64,000 nucleotides of DNA from an uncultured Candidatus Pelagibacter sp. (lineage in GTDB: Bacteria > Pseudomonadota > Alphaproteobacteria > Pelagibacterales > Pelagibacteraceae): positions 90-64,089 of the forward strand of contig CAJQTK010000011.1 of assembly GCA_905620495.1 (NCBI GenBank), read 5' to 3'. How positions within the stretch are numbered: the stretch's first letter is position 1; every line of letters starts with the position of its first letter. A model generated the notes under the pieces. The model was not told where the DNA came from. It did no database searches and saw nothing but the letters and a program-made list of their open reading frames with translations. Below are positions 10,370 to 19,827 of this stretch, in pieces. The position numbers were made by a program, and so were the translations under genes.

Positions 10370-10399
10370 AAGGGCAACTTGTAAAAGTTGCCCTTTTTT
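10370..10399 (+). terminator. Intrinsic terminator/attenuator between dctP and dctQ
   Basis: AAGGGCAACTT-GTAA-AAGTTGCCCTT perfect 11-bp stem followed by a T tract. Confidence 0.85.
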
Positions 10400-10417
10400 A
10401 TTAGAAGACTAAATCAA

Positions 10418-11008
10418 ATGGGAAAATATATATATTTTTTTGAAGGTTTAAGTATTTGGGTAGGAAGAGCTTTTGGTTGGTGTATTCTAATTTTAACTCT
10501 TTCAGTTGCATATGAGGTTTTTGTTAGATATGTTTTAAATGCACCGACAGTTTGGGCATTTGATATGATGGTACAAATGTATGGGGCGTTATTTTTAATG
10601 GCTGGACCATATGCATTAGCTCAAGATGCTCATGTTAGAGGAGATGTTATTTACAGACTATTCTCTCCTAGATTACAAGCTAAAATTGATTTAACCCTTT
10701 ATATATTGTTTTTTTTTCCAGGAATATTAGCGCTAGCTTATTTTGGCTATGAAATAGCTTCTGACTCTTGGAGATATAAAGAGGTTAGTTGGAATAGCCC
10801 TGCTAGAATTCAAATTTATTTTTTTAAATCACTAATTCCACTTGCTGGAGGGCTATTAATTCTACAAGGAGTTTCAGAGTGTATGAGGTGCATTCTTTGT
10901 ATTAGAGATGGCAAATGGATAAGAAGGCATGAAGATGTTAAAGAAACTGAAGCAAATTTAATATTAAAAAAAGAAGAAGAAGAAAGACAAAGAAAGGCTT
11001 TGAAATAG
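10418..11008 (+). CDS. dctQ: TRAP transporter small permease
   Basis: 4 TM segments, EVFVRY, HVRGDV; ATG 10418 chosen because the ORF-track start lies in the terminator. Confidence 0.9.
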   Translation: MGKYIYFFEGLSIWVGRAFGWCILILTLSVAYEVFVRYVLNAPTVWAFDMMVQMYGALFLMAGPYALAQDAHVRGDVIYRLFSPRLQAKIDLTLYILFFFPGILALAYFGYEIASDSWRYKEVSWNSPARIQIYFFKSLIPLAGGLLILQGVSECMRCILCIRDGKWIRRHEDVKETEANLILKKEEEERQRKALK

Positions 11009-11009
11009 T

Positions 11010-12356
11010 ATGACAGATCCTCAAGTAGCAATTTTTATGCTTTCTCTATTTATTTTTTTAGTACTTATAGGATTTCCTATAGCGTTTACGTTGATAGCAA
11101 TGGGTGTAGGTTTTGGATATTATGCTTATTTTGAGGAGGGTAATTTATTTCTTAATAAAATTTTTTACTTACTAAATCAAAACACCTATTCGGTTATGGA
11201 GAGTGATGTTCTTGTTGCGATACCATTATTTTTATTTATGGGATATGTTGTTGAAAGAGCAAATATAGTAAATCGTTTATTTTTTAGTTTACAATTAGCT
11301 ACACGACATTTGCCAGGCTCAATGGCTGTAGCAGCTCTTGCTACCTGTGCAATATTTGCCACAGCAAGTGGCATCATAGGTGCGGTAGTAACTTTAATGG
11401 GGTTATTAGCTTTTCCAGCTATGGTTAAAGCGAATTATGATCGGGGATTTGCTGCTGGTGTTATTTGTGCTGGTGGAACTCTTGGTATTTTAATTCCTCC
11501 AAGCATTATGCTTATTGTTTATGCAGCGATTGCTGAATTATCTCCATTGAGACTTTATGCTGCAGCAATAATTCCAGGATTTTTATTAGCCGGCTTTTAT
11601 ATGATTTATGTTGTTGGTTATGCATTTTTAAAACCAAGTATAGCTCCCAAACCAATTGAAGAAGAGGTTCCTGAAATAAAAACAATTATATTACAATTAT
11701 TAACATCATTTGTACCATTAGCACTTTTAATTTTTACTGTTCTTGGATCTATTTTAATGGGATTAGCAACTCCCGCAGAAGCAGCTGCAATTGGGGCAAC
11801 GGGCGGCTTGTTTTTGGCTTTTTGTTATAAGTCGCTAACATTTGATGGTTTAAAACAATCTGTGTTTTTGACAGCAAAGACGACAGCTATGGTTTGTTGG
11901 TTATTTGTGGGATCTTGGACTTTTGCATCTGTTTTTTCTTACTTGGGTGGACATGAAGTCATTGAACATTGGATATTAGGGTTTGATTTAGAGCCTTGGC
12001 AGTTTCTTGTGTTGGTGCAGCTAATTATTTTTTTACTAGGTTGGCCACTTGAGTGGACAGAAATATTAATCATATTTGTTCCTATTTTTTTACCAATGCT
12101 TGATACATTTGGAGTTAATCCTTATTTCTTTGCAATGCTAGTTGCTTTAAATCTACAAACCTCTTTTTTAACGCCACCTATGGCTATGGCGGCTTATTAT
12201 TTAAAGGGAGTAGTAGGAGATGAAATAGAGTTAGTAGATATATTTAAAAATATTACTCCGTACTTAATTATAGTAATATTTACAATGGTTTTAATGTACA
12301 ATTTTCCAGGAATGGCATTATTTTTACCAGATTATTTTTTTGGTGTAGGTAAATAA
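11010..12356 (+). CDS. dctM: TRAP transporter large permease
   Basis: AIPLFLFMG, GTLGILIPPSI, ATPAEAAA, SFLTPP. Confidence 0.93.
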   Translation: MTDPQVAIFMLSLFIFLVLIGFPIAFTLIAMGVGFGYYAYFEEGNLFLNKIFYLLNQNTYSVMESDVLVAIPLFLFMGYVVERANIVNRLFFSLQLATRHLPGSMAVAALATCAIFATASGIIGAVVTLMGLLAFPAMVKANYDRGFAAGVICAGGTLGILIPPSIMLIVYAAIAELSPLRLYAAAIIPGFLLAGFYMIYVVGYAFLKPSIAPKPIEEEVPEIKTIILQLLTSFVPLALLIFTVLGSILMGLATPAEAAAIGATGGLFLAFCYKSLTFDGLKQSVFLTAKTTAMVCWLFVGSWTFASVFSYLGGHEVIEHWILGFDLEPWQFLVLVQLIIFLLGWPLEWTEILIIFVPIFLPMLDTFGVNPYFFAMLVALNLQTSFLTPPMAMAAYYLKGVVGDEIELVDIFKNITPYLIIVIFTMVLMYNFPGMALFLPDYFFGVGK

Positions 12357-12361
12357 TATTT

Positions 12362-13684
12362 ATGTCTTCAATTAAAACTTCAGCTGTAGAAATGGTTAAA
12401 GCCATAAAAAAAGGAGAAATTACTTCTGAAGAACTTGTTAAAAAATATATTGAAGAAATAAAAAAAAAAGAAAAAGATATACAAGCATTTGAATTTTTTG
12501 ATGAAGAGCTTGTTCTTACCCAAGCAAAAAAACTAGATGCATTACATCAAGCTGGAAATCATGGAGATCTTCATGGAGTCCCTGTTGGTATTAAAGATAT
12601 CTTTGATACAGAAGATATGCCCACATTAGATGGAAGTAAAGCGCATGAAAAAAATCCTAGCATAAGTGATTGTACAGTTGTTTCAAAACTAAAAGAGTCT
12701 GGTGCTATTATAATGGGAAAAACAGTGACAGCAGAACTTGCTCATTTAACACCTGGAAAAACAAAAAACCCTCATGATATTGAGAGAACACCTGGTGGAT
12801 CTTCGAGTGGATCAGCTGCAGCTGTTGCATCAAATATGGTGCCTTTAGCTGTTGGAACTCAAACTAATGGTTCAGTTATAAGGCCAGCATCTTACTGTGG
12901 TGTAATAGGATATAAACCATCAAAAGGATTAATTTCCAGACACTTAGTTATGCCAGTTTCTCAAACTTTAGATCAAGTGGGAGTATTTTCAAATTCTATT
13001 GAAGATGCTGCATTAATTAGTGAACAGCTTATCGGATTTGACCAATTAGATCCCGATTCGACTCTTAGAGCAAAGCCAAAATTATTAAAGGCTAGCAAAG
13101 AAAAACCACCAATGAAACCCTTGTTTGCTTACCTAGACTTACCTTTTATGAAAGATCTCAATAAAGACACGGAAGAAGCATTTGGTGAAATTAAGGATGA
13201 GTTAAAAGATCAGGTAAAAGAAGTAAAGTTTCCAGAAGAATTTTCTAAAATAATAGAATGGCACAAAATAATAGCAGAAACTGATATGGCAAAGTCATTT
13301 GAAGTAGATTATATAAAATATAAAAATTTATTGAGTAAAAAAATAATTGAAGCGATAGAGCGAGGACAAAATTACAGAGCAGTTGAATATAACGAGGCTC
13401 TTTTGAAAAGAGAGAAACTTATAAAATATTTTAATGAGTTTTTTCATAATTTCGATGCAATAATTACTCCATCTGCCTGCGGTGAAGCTCCGAGAGATTT
13501 ATCCATAACTGGTAATCCAATATTTAGTACAATTTGGACTTACTGCGGCATGCCATCAATCAGCTTACCACTATTGCAGGGTGAAAATAAGTTACCAATT
13601 GGTGTGCAGCTAGTATCTTCCATTTTTGATGATGAGAGATTATTTAGGAACGCAAGCTGGTTGACAAGTAAAATTAAAGGTTAA
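12362..13684 (+). CDS. Amidase signature family protein
   Basis: GVPVGIKD (Lys), PGGSSSGSAAAV (cis-Ser), GTQTNGSVIRPAS (nucleophile Ser). Confidence 0.9.
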   Translation: MSSIKTSAVEMVKAIKKGEITSEELVKKYIEEIKKKEKDIQAFEFFDEELVLTQAKKLDALHQAGNHGDLHGVPVGIKDIFDTEDMPTLDGSKAHEKNPSISDCTVVSKLKESGAIIMGKTVTAELAHLTPGKTKNPHDIERTPGGSSSGSAAAVASNMVPLAVGTQTNGSVIRPASYCGVIGYKPSKGLISRHLVMPVSQTLDQVGVFSNSIEDAALISEQLIGFDQLDPDSTLRAKPKLLKASKEKPPMKPLFAYLDLPFMKDLNKDTEEAFGEIKDELKDQVKEVKFPEEFSKIIEWHKIIAETDMAKSFEVDYIKYKNLLSKKIIEAIERGQNYRAVEYNEALLKREKLIKYFNEFFHNFDAIITPSACGEAPRDLSITGNPIFSTIWTYCGMPSISLPLLQGENKLPIGVQLVSSIFDDERLFRNASWLTSKIKG

Positions 13685-13694
13685 ATATGTAGAT

Positions 13695-13901
13695 ATGCAA
13701 AATAATTCTGAAAAAAAATCAATAGGAGAAAAATTTTCAATACTTTGTGGTGCAATATTATTTACAATTTTTGTTATAGGACTAGCTTGGAGTATTAGTA
13801 CTGGAATGGCAGGATTTTGGCGTGGCCTTCCTTTCTGGATAATTGTTATTTTTTGTTTGGGTTTACTTTTTTATGATTGTTATGAAGAAATGACAAAATA
13901 A
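13695..13901 (+). CDS. Small two-TM membrane protein of unknown function
   Basis: 68 aa, two hydrophobic helices, 10 nt after the amidase, fills the operon gap. Confidence 0.7.
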   Translation: MQNNSEKKSIGEKFSILCGAILFTIFVIGLAWSISTGMAGFWRGLPFWIIVIFCLGLLFYDCYEEMTK

Positions 13902-13941
13902 ATATAAAATATTTTTTTTGTATTTTATCTTTAGTAAAAAA

Positions 13942-14745
13942 ATGAATAAGATTTATTACAGTTTAATATTTGTTTTAGTTGTATATTTAGTTATTACACT
14001 TTCTATATATTTTTTTCAAAGAGATTTGTTATATTACCCGTCAGAAAATAATTATTATGGAGATAAATTAACAGTCTCTGTAGATGAAGTTAAAATCAAA
14101 ACTAAAGATAATATTGAACTTCTAGGCTGGCATCACAAAAAAGATTCTCAAAATTATAAAACTATTCTTTTTTTGCATGGTAATGCAGGATCATTAGAGA
14201 ATAGAATTCATAAAATAAATCATTTTGAAAATATGGATATAAATTTCCTTATTATTGCTTGGAGAGGCTTTAGCGGAAACAAAGGAAAACCGACTGAAAA
14301 AGGCCTTTATGATGATGCGAGAAGTGCCGTCCGTTGGTTAGAAAAAGAAGGCGTTATGAAGAAGGATATAGTTATTTATGGTGAGTCTTTAGGAACTGGT
14401 GTAGCAACAGAAATTGTACAAAATAATAATTTTGCTGGGTTAATTTTAGAATCTCCTTTTACATCTATGATTGATGCAGCAAAAAATAAGTATCCTTTTT
14501 TACCAATAAGGTTTTTGCTTAAAGATAAATATGAGAGCAATAAAAAAATTAAAAATATAAAAAGTCCATTATTAATCATGCATGGTGAAGTTGATAAAAT
14601 TGTTCCATTCTGGATGGGTAAAAAAATGTATGATATTGCCAATGAACCAAAGTATTCTTATTTTACAAAATATGACAATCATATGATGAAATATGATGAA
14701 AATCTTTTAATTACACTTAAAAAATTTTTAGATAGGCTAAATTAA
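13942..14745 (+). CDS. Membrane-anchored alpha/beta hydrolase (ABHD13/Bem46-like)
   Basis: N-terminal TM, HGNAG, GESLG, HGEVD, DNH triad; ATG at 13942. Confidence 0.85.
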   Translation: MNKIYYSLIFVLVVYLVITLSIYFFQRDLLYYPSENNYYGDKLTVSVDEVKIKTKDNIELLGWHHKKDSQNYKTILFLHGNAGSLENRIHKINHFENMDINFLIIAWRGFSGNKGKPTEKGLYDDARSAVRWLEKEGVMKKDIVIYGESLGTGVATEIVQNNNFAGLILESPFTSMIDAAKNKYPFLPIRFLLKDKYESNKKIKNIKSPLLIMHGEVDKIVPFWMGKKMYDIANEPKYSYFTKYDNHMMKYDENLLITLKKFLDRLN

Positions 14746-14794
14746 GTCACAATTTAAACAAATAAACTTCAATTTTTTTTTTTATAATTTTTTA

Positions 14795-15349
14795 ATGTTA
14801 AAAAAAATTTTATTTATAATTTTTAGTACATTTATAATTTTTAGTTCAGTAAAAGCAGATAGATTAGATAAAATGTTTTTTATTGGAAAAATGGAATCTC
14901 ATAATAAAGATTTTACACTTTTTTTTAAAACAAGAGAAAAAGCTATTTTGGCAAGAGGCGAAAATTATAATTATGTGACTGATTATCCACAAGATTTATA
15001 TATTTATGACAATAAATTAAAAAAAGCATCATCTTTAATATCTTATGATTGGTTTCCAACGCATGTAAAATTTTATCTAAATGAATATAACTTCCCTGTT
15101 TTTCCAGAAGATTTTGCCTACTACCTCTTAAAAGATAATAATACTTTAATCATGATAAGTGCAGTTAAAAATTTTAATAAAAATTTTAAATTTGATATTG
15201 TTAATAAAAAATTAAATTTATATCCGTCTGATGGAAAGTTTGATTTTATAATTTCTTCAATAGCCAAAAGTTGCGGTTATTCAGATTTGAAAGAAAATTA
15301 TAAATGTAGTTATTATAAGCCTTTAATCTCCAATAATTTGATTAACTAA
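14795..15349 (+). CDS. Hypothetical exported protein
   Basis: 184 aa, Sec-type signal MLKKILFIIFSTFIIFSSVKA; no family recognised. Confidence 0.7.
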   Translation: MLKKILFIIFSTFIIFSSVKADRLDKMFFIGKMESHNKDFTLFFKTREKAILARGENYNYVTDYPQDLYIYDNKLKKASSLISYDWFPTHVKFYLNEYNFPVFPEDFAYYLLKDNNTLIMISAVKNFNKNFKFDIVNKKLNLYPSDGKFDFIISSIAKSCGYSDLKENYKCSYYKPLISNNLIN

Positions 15350-16259
15350 TTTGAGTAAATGCTTCAGCAAATTTTTCTGCATTAAAAATTTGTAAGTCAT
15401 CTTCTTTTTCACCAAGACCCAGAGCAATTATTGGAAGTTTATATTTTTTAGCAAGTGCTAGTAAAATACCCCCTTTTGCAGTGCTATCTAATTTTGTCAT
15501 TATCAAGCCGGTGATTGGAATAATTTTATTAAATTCTTCTACCTGGTTGATAACATTTTGACCTGAAGTTGCATCAAGAACCAAAATTACATCATGTGGT
15601 GCATCTGGATCTATTTTTTTAGTTACATTGGCAATTTTTTTATATTCTTCCATTAAGTTTTTCTTATTTTGTAATCTTCCTGCTGTATCAATTAGAACAT
15701 GGTTGAAATCATCTTTAATTGCCTCCTCTATAGCTTTGTACGCGACAGAAGCAGGATCTGATCCCTGGGTAGATTTAGTAATTTGAACATCAATTTTATT
15801 AGCCCAACTTTCTAGCTGTTCTATTGCAGCCGCCCTAAAGGTGTCACAAGCAGAAAACATAACTTTGCTACCATTAGATTTTAAAATTTTACCTATCTTT
15901 CCGATAGTTGTTGTTTTGCCAACTCCATTAACACCTGAGACTAGAACCGTATTTAGTTTTTCTTTTTTATTAAAGAAGCCTTCATTTTCTAAAGGCCTCA
16001 TTAAAGTGATTATATAATCTTTTAAAATTAAGCTCACTTCATTCATGACATTATTTTTAGGATTAATTTTTTCTTGAGCAATAATTTGTTTAATCTCTGC
16101 AGCAACAGTCAGACCTACATCTGATTGAATCAAATATTCTTCAATCTGATCTAATGTTTTGTCATCTATTTCTTTTTTGACAATTATATCTTTTAAACCA
16201 GATGTAAAAGTAGAAGCAGTTTTTTTAAAACCGATTTTAAATTTATCAAAAATTCCCAT
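15342..16259 (-). CDS. ftsY: SRP receptor FtsY (NG domain only)
   Basis: GVNGVGKTTT, DTFRAAA, DTAGRL, TKLD. Confidence 0.96.
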   Translation of the reverse strand: MGIFDKFKIGFKKTASTFTSGLKDIIVKKEIDDKTLDQIEEYLIQSDVGLTVAAEIKQIIAQEKINPKNNVMNEVSLILKDYIITLMRPLENEGFFNKKEKLNTVLVSGVNGVGKTTTIGKIGKILKSNGSKVMFSACDTFRAAAIEQLESWANKIDVQITKSTQGSDPASVAYKAIEEAIKDDFNHVLIDTAGRLQNKKNLMEEYKKIANVTKKIDPDAPHDVILVLDATSGQNVINQVEEFNKIIPITGLIMTKLDSTAKGGILLALAKKYKLPIIALGLGEKEDDLQIFNAEKFAEAFTQIS

Positions 16260-17083
16260 TACAATTTAATCTCAATATTTTTAATATTAGAAACGGGCCC
16301 TTTCATGTGAATGCTATTTTTTTCATCAATAAAAATTGTTAGTTTTCCAAGCGTAAACTCTATATCTGTAGTTTTACCTACTAATGATTTGATGTTACCG
16401 GCTACAGCGGTTGCACATGCCGCAGTACCACAAGCCTTTGTAAGACCCGCACCTCTTTCCCATACCTTAACTTTTATTAAATCTTTATTTACAACTTTAG
16501 CTAGTGTTACATTGCATTTTTCAGGAAATAATTCGTGATTTTCAATATCAGGTCCAACTTTTTTTAAATCAAAATTTTCAATATCATTTACAAAAAAAAC
16601 TATATGGGGGTTTCCTACATTTACTGCAATTCCACCAATGTATTTGTTATTGTTTTTGTCCATAATTTCAATCTCAAGGTCTTTAGTGTCTAATTTTCTA
16701 CTTAAAGGAATCTCTTCCCAATTTGTTTTTGGAATACCAATTTCGGTCTCTACTAAATTATTTCCTAAAATTTTAGATTTTAATAATCCAGAGGATGTCC
16801 ACACAGTTATTTCTTTTTGATTACTTTCTTTTGATAAAAAGTCAGCAATACATCTCGTTCCATTTCCACAGGCCCCTGTAGTACTGCCATCTGAATTATA
16901 AAACTCTAAACCAGCATCTATTTCTCTATTTTTTTTAATTAGAATAAGTTGATCACATCCAATAAAACTTCGATCACATATTTTAATTATTTGATCTTTG
17001 CTTAAATTAAGATCATGAATTCGTTGATCAATAATTACAAAATCATTGCCTAAACCATCCATTTTAAATGCTTTAATATCCAT
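16259..17083 (-). CDS. dapF: Diaminopimelate epimerase
   Basis: KMDGLGNDF, CGNGTRC, GNPH, ERGAGLTKACGT. Confidence 0.95.
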   Translation of the reverse strand: MDIKAFKMDGLGNDFVIIDQRIHDLNLSKDQIIKICDRSFIGCDQLILIKKNREIDAGLEFYNSDGSTTGACGNGTRCIADFLSKESNQKEITVWTSSGLLKSKILGNNLVETEIGIPKTNWEEIPLSRKLDTKDLEIEIMDKNNNKYIGGIAVNVGNPHIVFFVNDIENFDLKKVGPDIENHELFPEKCNVTLAKVVNKDLIKVKVWERGAGLTKACGTAACATAVAGNIKSLVGKTTDIEFTLGKLTIFIDEKNSIHMKGPVSNIKNIEIKL

Positions 17084-17184
17084 ATATAGATATTTAACTT
17101 ATTTATTGACTTTTTGAACCTCTATTATAGGTTGTTTCCGTTTCCACAAAAACGTTAAATTTGTGGTGTCTTTGGAAACAAAGA

Positions 17185-17236
17185 GATCAACACTAGTCAG
17201 CGATATTCGCCCACTAGTGCGAAACTGCTGTGCGTA
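17185..17236 (+). ncRNA. Structured ffh leader (ffh RNA motif, putative cis-regulator)
   Basis: GC-enriched hairpin CACTAGT(17191-97)/ACTAGTG(17213-19) with inner GCGA/TCGC just upstream of ffh; an ffh motif is known from Pelagibacter/alphaproteobacteria (recalled, not searched). Confidence 0.7.
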
Positions 17237-17242
17237 ATAAAT

Positions 17243-18601
17243 ATGTTTGAAAACTTAACAAATAAATTCGAAGAAATTTTTTCTTCTTTAAAAAAAGCAG
17301 CTTCACTTGATGAAAATCAAGTAGATGAAGGCTTAAGAGGTATTAGACAGGCTTTATTAGAAGCCGATGTGTCTCTAGATGTAACTAAAGATTTTATAGA
17401 AAAAGTTAAGCCAAAGGTTATGGGCCAAGAAATAATTAGATCAACCTCTCCAGGAGATATGGTTGTTAAAATTGTTTATGATGAATTAGTTAGTCTTTTA
17501 GGTGAAAGCAACACTGATATTAATTTAAATGCAGTTCCACCTGTCCCAATGATGCTGATAGGTCTTCAAGGTTCTGGTAAAACTACAACAACAGCAAAAT
17601 TAGCCAAATATTTAGAAAAAAATAAAAAGAAAAAGATAATGATGGTGAGTCTTGATGTATATAGGCCAGCTGCACAAGAACAGTTAAGATCATTGGGTGA
17701 TCAAAATGATATTTTAACACTACCTATTATTGAAGGGCAGCTGCCAGAGGATATTTGTAGAAGAGCAGTTAGCGCTGCAAACCTAAATGGTGCAGAAATT
17801 ATATTATTTGATACAGCAGGCAGAACACAAATAGACCTTCAAATGATGAGTGAAATTAAACAGATAGAAAGTATAATTAACCCAACAGAAGTATTTTTAG
17901 TTGCAGATTCTTTAACAGGACAAGTTGCTGCAGAAGTTGCAAAAGAATTTAAGAATACCGTAAATGTAACAGGTATTGTTTTAACAAGAGCTGATGGTGA
18001 TGCCAGAGGTGGTGCGGCTCTTAGCATGAAGTATGTCTCACAAGTTCCAATTAAATTTTTAGGGGTAGGAGAAAAGATAGAAAATTTAGAAGTTTTTCAC
18101 CCAGATAGGATAGCCAATAGAATATTAGGTATGGGAGACATTGTTTCTCTTGTCGAAAAAGCTGCAGAAGATCTTGGTGAAGAGAATATAAAAAAAGCAG
18201 AAGAGAATTTAAAAAAAGGACAATTCTCTATGGAAGATTATTTAACACAGCTTAGACAAATGAAAAAAATGGGAGGCATAGAAGGAATCATGTCGTTTAT
18301 GCCAGGTGTTTCTAAAATGAAATCACAAATGGATGCTTCGGGAATTGATGAAAGCGTTATTACTAAAAATGAAGCAATCATTTTATCTATGACAAAAAAA
18401 GAAAGAGGAAATCCTAAAATCATTGATGGTTCTAGGAAAAAACGAATTGCTAATGGCTCTGGAACAGATGCGGCCACTATCAATAAATTGCTTAAGCAAT
18501 TTAAAATGATGTCTGAAATGATGAAGAAGATGTCAAAAGGAAACCTGAAGGGTATGTCTGATAAAGGAATACCTCCAGAGCTATTAAATCAACTTAAATA
18601 A
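17243..18601 (+). CDS. ffh: Signal recognition particle protein
   Basis: [15 protein letters not shown], Met-rich M domain with [11 protein letters not shown]. Confidence 0.97.
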   Translation: MFENLTNKFEEIFSSLKKAASLDENQVDEGLRGIRQALLEADVSLDVTKDFIEKVKPKVMGQEIIRSTSPGDMVVKIVYDELVSLLGESNTDINLNAVPPVPMMLIGLQGSGKTTTTAKLAKYLEKNKKKKIMMVSLDVYRPAAQEQLRSLGDQNDILTLPIIEGQLPEDICRRAVSAANLNGAEIILFDTAGRTQIDLQMMSEIKQIESIINPTEVFLVADSLTGQVAAEVAKEFKNTVNVTGIVLTRADGDARGGAALSMKYVSQVPIKFLGVGEKIENLEVFHPDRIANRILGMGDIVSLVEKAAEDLGEENIKKAEENLKKGQFSMEDYLTQLRQMKKMGGIEGIMSFMPGVSKMKSQMDASGIDESVITKNEAIILSMTKKERGNPKIIDGSRKKRIANGSGTDAATINKLLKQFKMMSEMMKKMSKGNLKGMSDKGIPPELLNQLK

Positions 18602-18615
18602 ATAAAGGAAAAAAA

Positions 18616-19116
18616 ATGATAAAAATAAGACTATCAAGAGGTGGAACAAAGAAAAGACCAGTATACAAAGTAGTTATAGCTGACAGTCGTCGTGCAAGAG
18701 ACGGAAGGTTTATTGAGAAAGTAGGATTCTTTAATCCCCTTTTACCAAAAGATAAAAAAGAAAGAATGGGACTGGAAGCCGAAAGAATTAAATATTGGTT
18801 AGGTCAAGGTGCTCAACCAACAGCTAGAGTTGCAAGAATTTTAGGTGAAAATGATATTATCCCTATGCCTGCAAACGCTAACAACCCAAATAAAGCTATA
18901 CCTAAAAAAGAAAGAAAAAAAGAAGGAGATGAAGCAAAAGCAGCTCCTAAAGCAGAAGCAGCTCCAAAGGAAGCAGATCCTAAAGCAGAAGCAGCTCCAA
19001 AGGAAGCAGTTCCTAAAGCAGAAGCATCTCCAAAGAAAGCAGCTCCTAAAGCAGAAGCAGCTCCAAAGAAAGCAGCTCCTAAAGCAGAAGCAGCTCCAAA
19101 GGAAGAAACTAAATAG
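18616..19116 (+). CDS. rpsP: 30S ribosomal protein S16 with Ala/Lys/Pro/Glu repeat tail
   Basis: [27 protein letters not shown]. Confidence 0.96.
   Translation: MIKIRLSRGGTKKRPVYKVVIADSRRARDGRFIEKVGFFNPLLPKDKKERMGLEAERIKYWLGQGAQPTARVARILGENDIIPMPANANNPNKAIPKKERKKEGDEAKAAPKAEAAPKEADPKAEAAPKEAVPKAEASPKKAAPKAEAAPKKAAPKAEAAPKEETK
18937..19101 (+). repeat. Coding tandem repeat, 5 x 33 bp (RAAGCAGCTCCTAAAGCAGAAGCAGCTCCAAAG)
   Basis: Units start at 18937, 18970, 19003, 19036 and 19069; encode (K/E)[10 protein letters not shown]; units 1, 4 and 5 are identical. Confidence 0.95.
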
Positions 19117-19124
19117 TTGGATTC

Positions 19125-19811
19125 ATGTGGCAAGCTCAGATATTCACACTTTACCCAGATATTTTTCCTGGCCCTTTAAGTAAAGGACTTTATGGAAAAG
19201 CATTATCAAATAAAATTTGGGATCTAAAAGTTGTAAACATTAGAGATGCTGCAGAAGACAAACATAAGACGGTTGACGATACTCCTTTTGGAGGTGGATC
19301 TGGCATGTTGTTAAAAGCTGATGTTTTAGCAAAATCGATTGATCAAAATAAAAAAAAAGGTGAAAGAATTTTTTATTTATCTCCTAAGGGAAAAAAACTT
19401 GATCAAAAATTAGCACTAGAACTGTCAAAAGAAAAATCGATCAGTTTAATATGTGGTCATTTCGAGGGTGTCGATGAAAGAATATTATCAACAAGAAATA
19501 TAGAAGAAATTAGTATTGGAGATTTCATTTTATCAGGAGGAGAAACAGCATCCTTTGTTGTATTGGATAGTATTTTAAGACTGTTACCTGGAGTATTAGG
19601 AAATGAACAATCAAAAACAGATGAGAGTTTTGAGAATGGACTTTTAGAGTATCCTCAGTACACAAAACCTCAAATTTGGGAGGAAAAAAGTGTCCCAGAC
19701 GTACTATTAACAGGAGATCATAACAAAATTAAAGACTGGCGTTTATCACAATCAGAGGCTATAACACGCGTCCGAAGACCAGATTTATGGGAAAAATATA
19801 AGAAAAACTAA
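19125..19811 (+). CDS. trmD: tRNA (guanine37-N1)-methyltransferase
   Basis: [33 protein letters not shown]. Confidence 0.97.
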   Translation: MWQAQIFTLYPDIFPGPLSKGLYGKALSNKIWDLKVVNIRDAAEDKHKTVDDTPFGGGSGMLLKADVLAKSIDQNKKKGERIFYLSPKGKKLDQKLALELSKEKSISLICGHFEGVDERILSTRNIEEISIGDFILSGGETASFVVLDSILRLLPGVLGNEQSKTDESFENGLLEYPQYTKPQIWEEKSVPDVLLTGDHNKIKDWRLSQSEAITRVRRPDLWEKYKKN

Positions 19812-19827
19812 TTTAATAAAGAGTAAT

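Noticed and set aside
12362-13684. Calling the amidase gatA
   Set aside because: No gatB/gatC nearby, GTQT instead of GSDTGGS, and TRAP context
17185-17236. SRP 4.5S RNA gene
   Set aside because: Lacks the conserved domain IV sequence (CAGG..GGAA..AGCAG); fits a cis leader better
18937-19101. Possible CRISPR array
   Set aside because: Head-to-tail repeats with no spacers, in frame within rpsP, and no cas genes
18813-19183. Alternative-frame and antisense ORFs (106 aa, 112 aa) over rpsP
   Set aside because: They are stop-free only because of the 33-bp coding repeat
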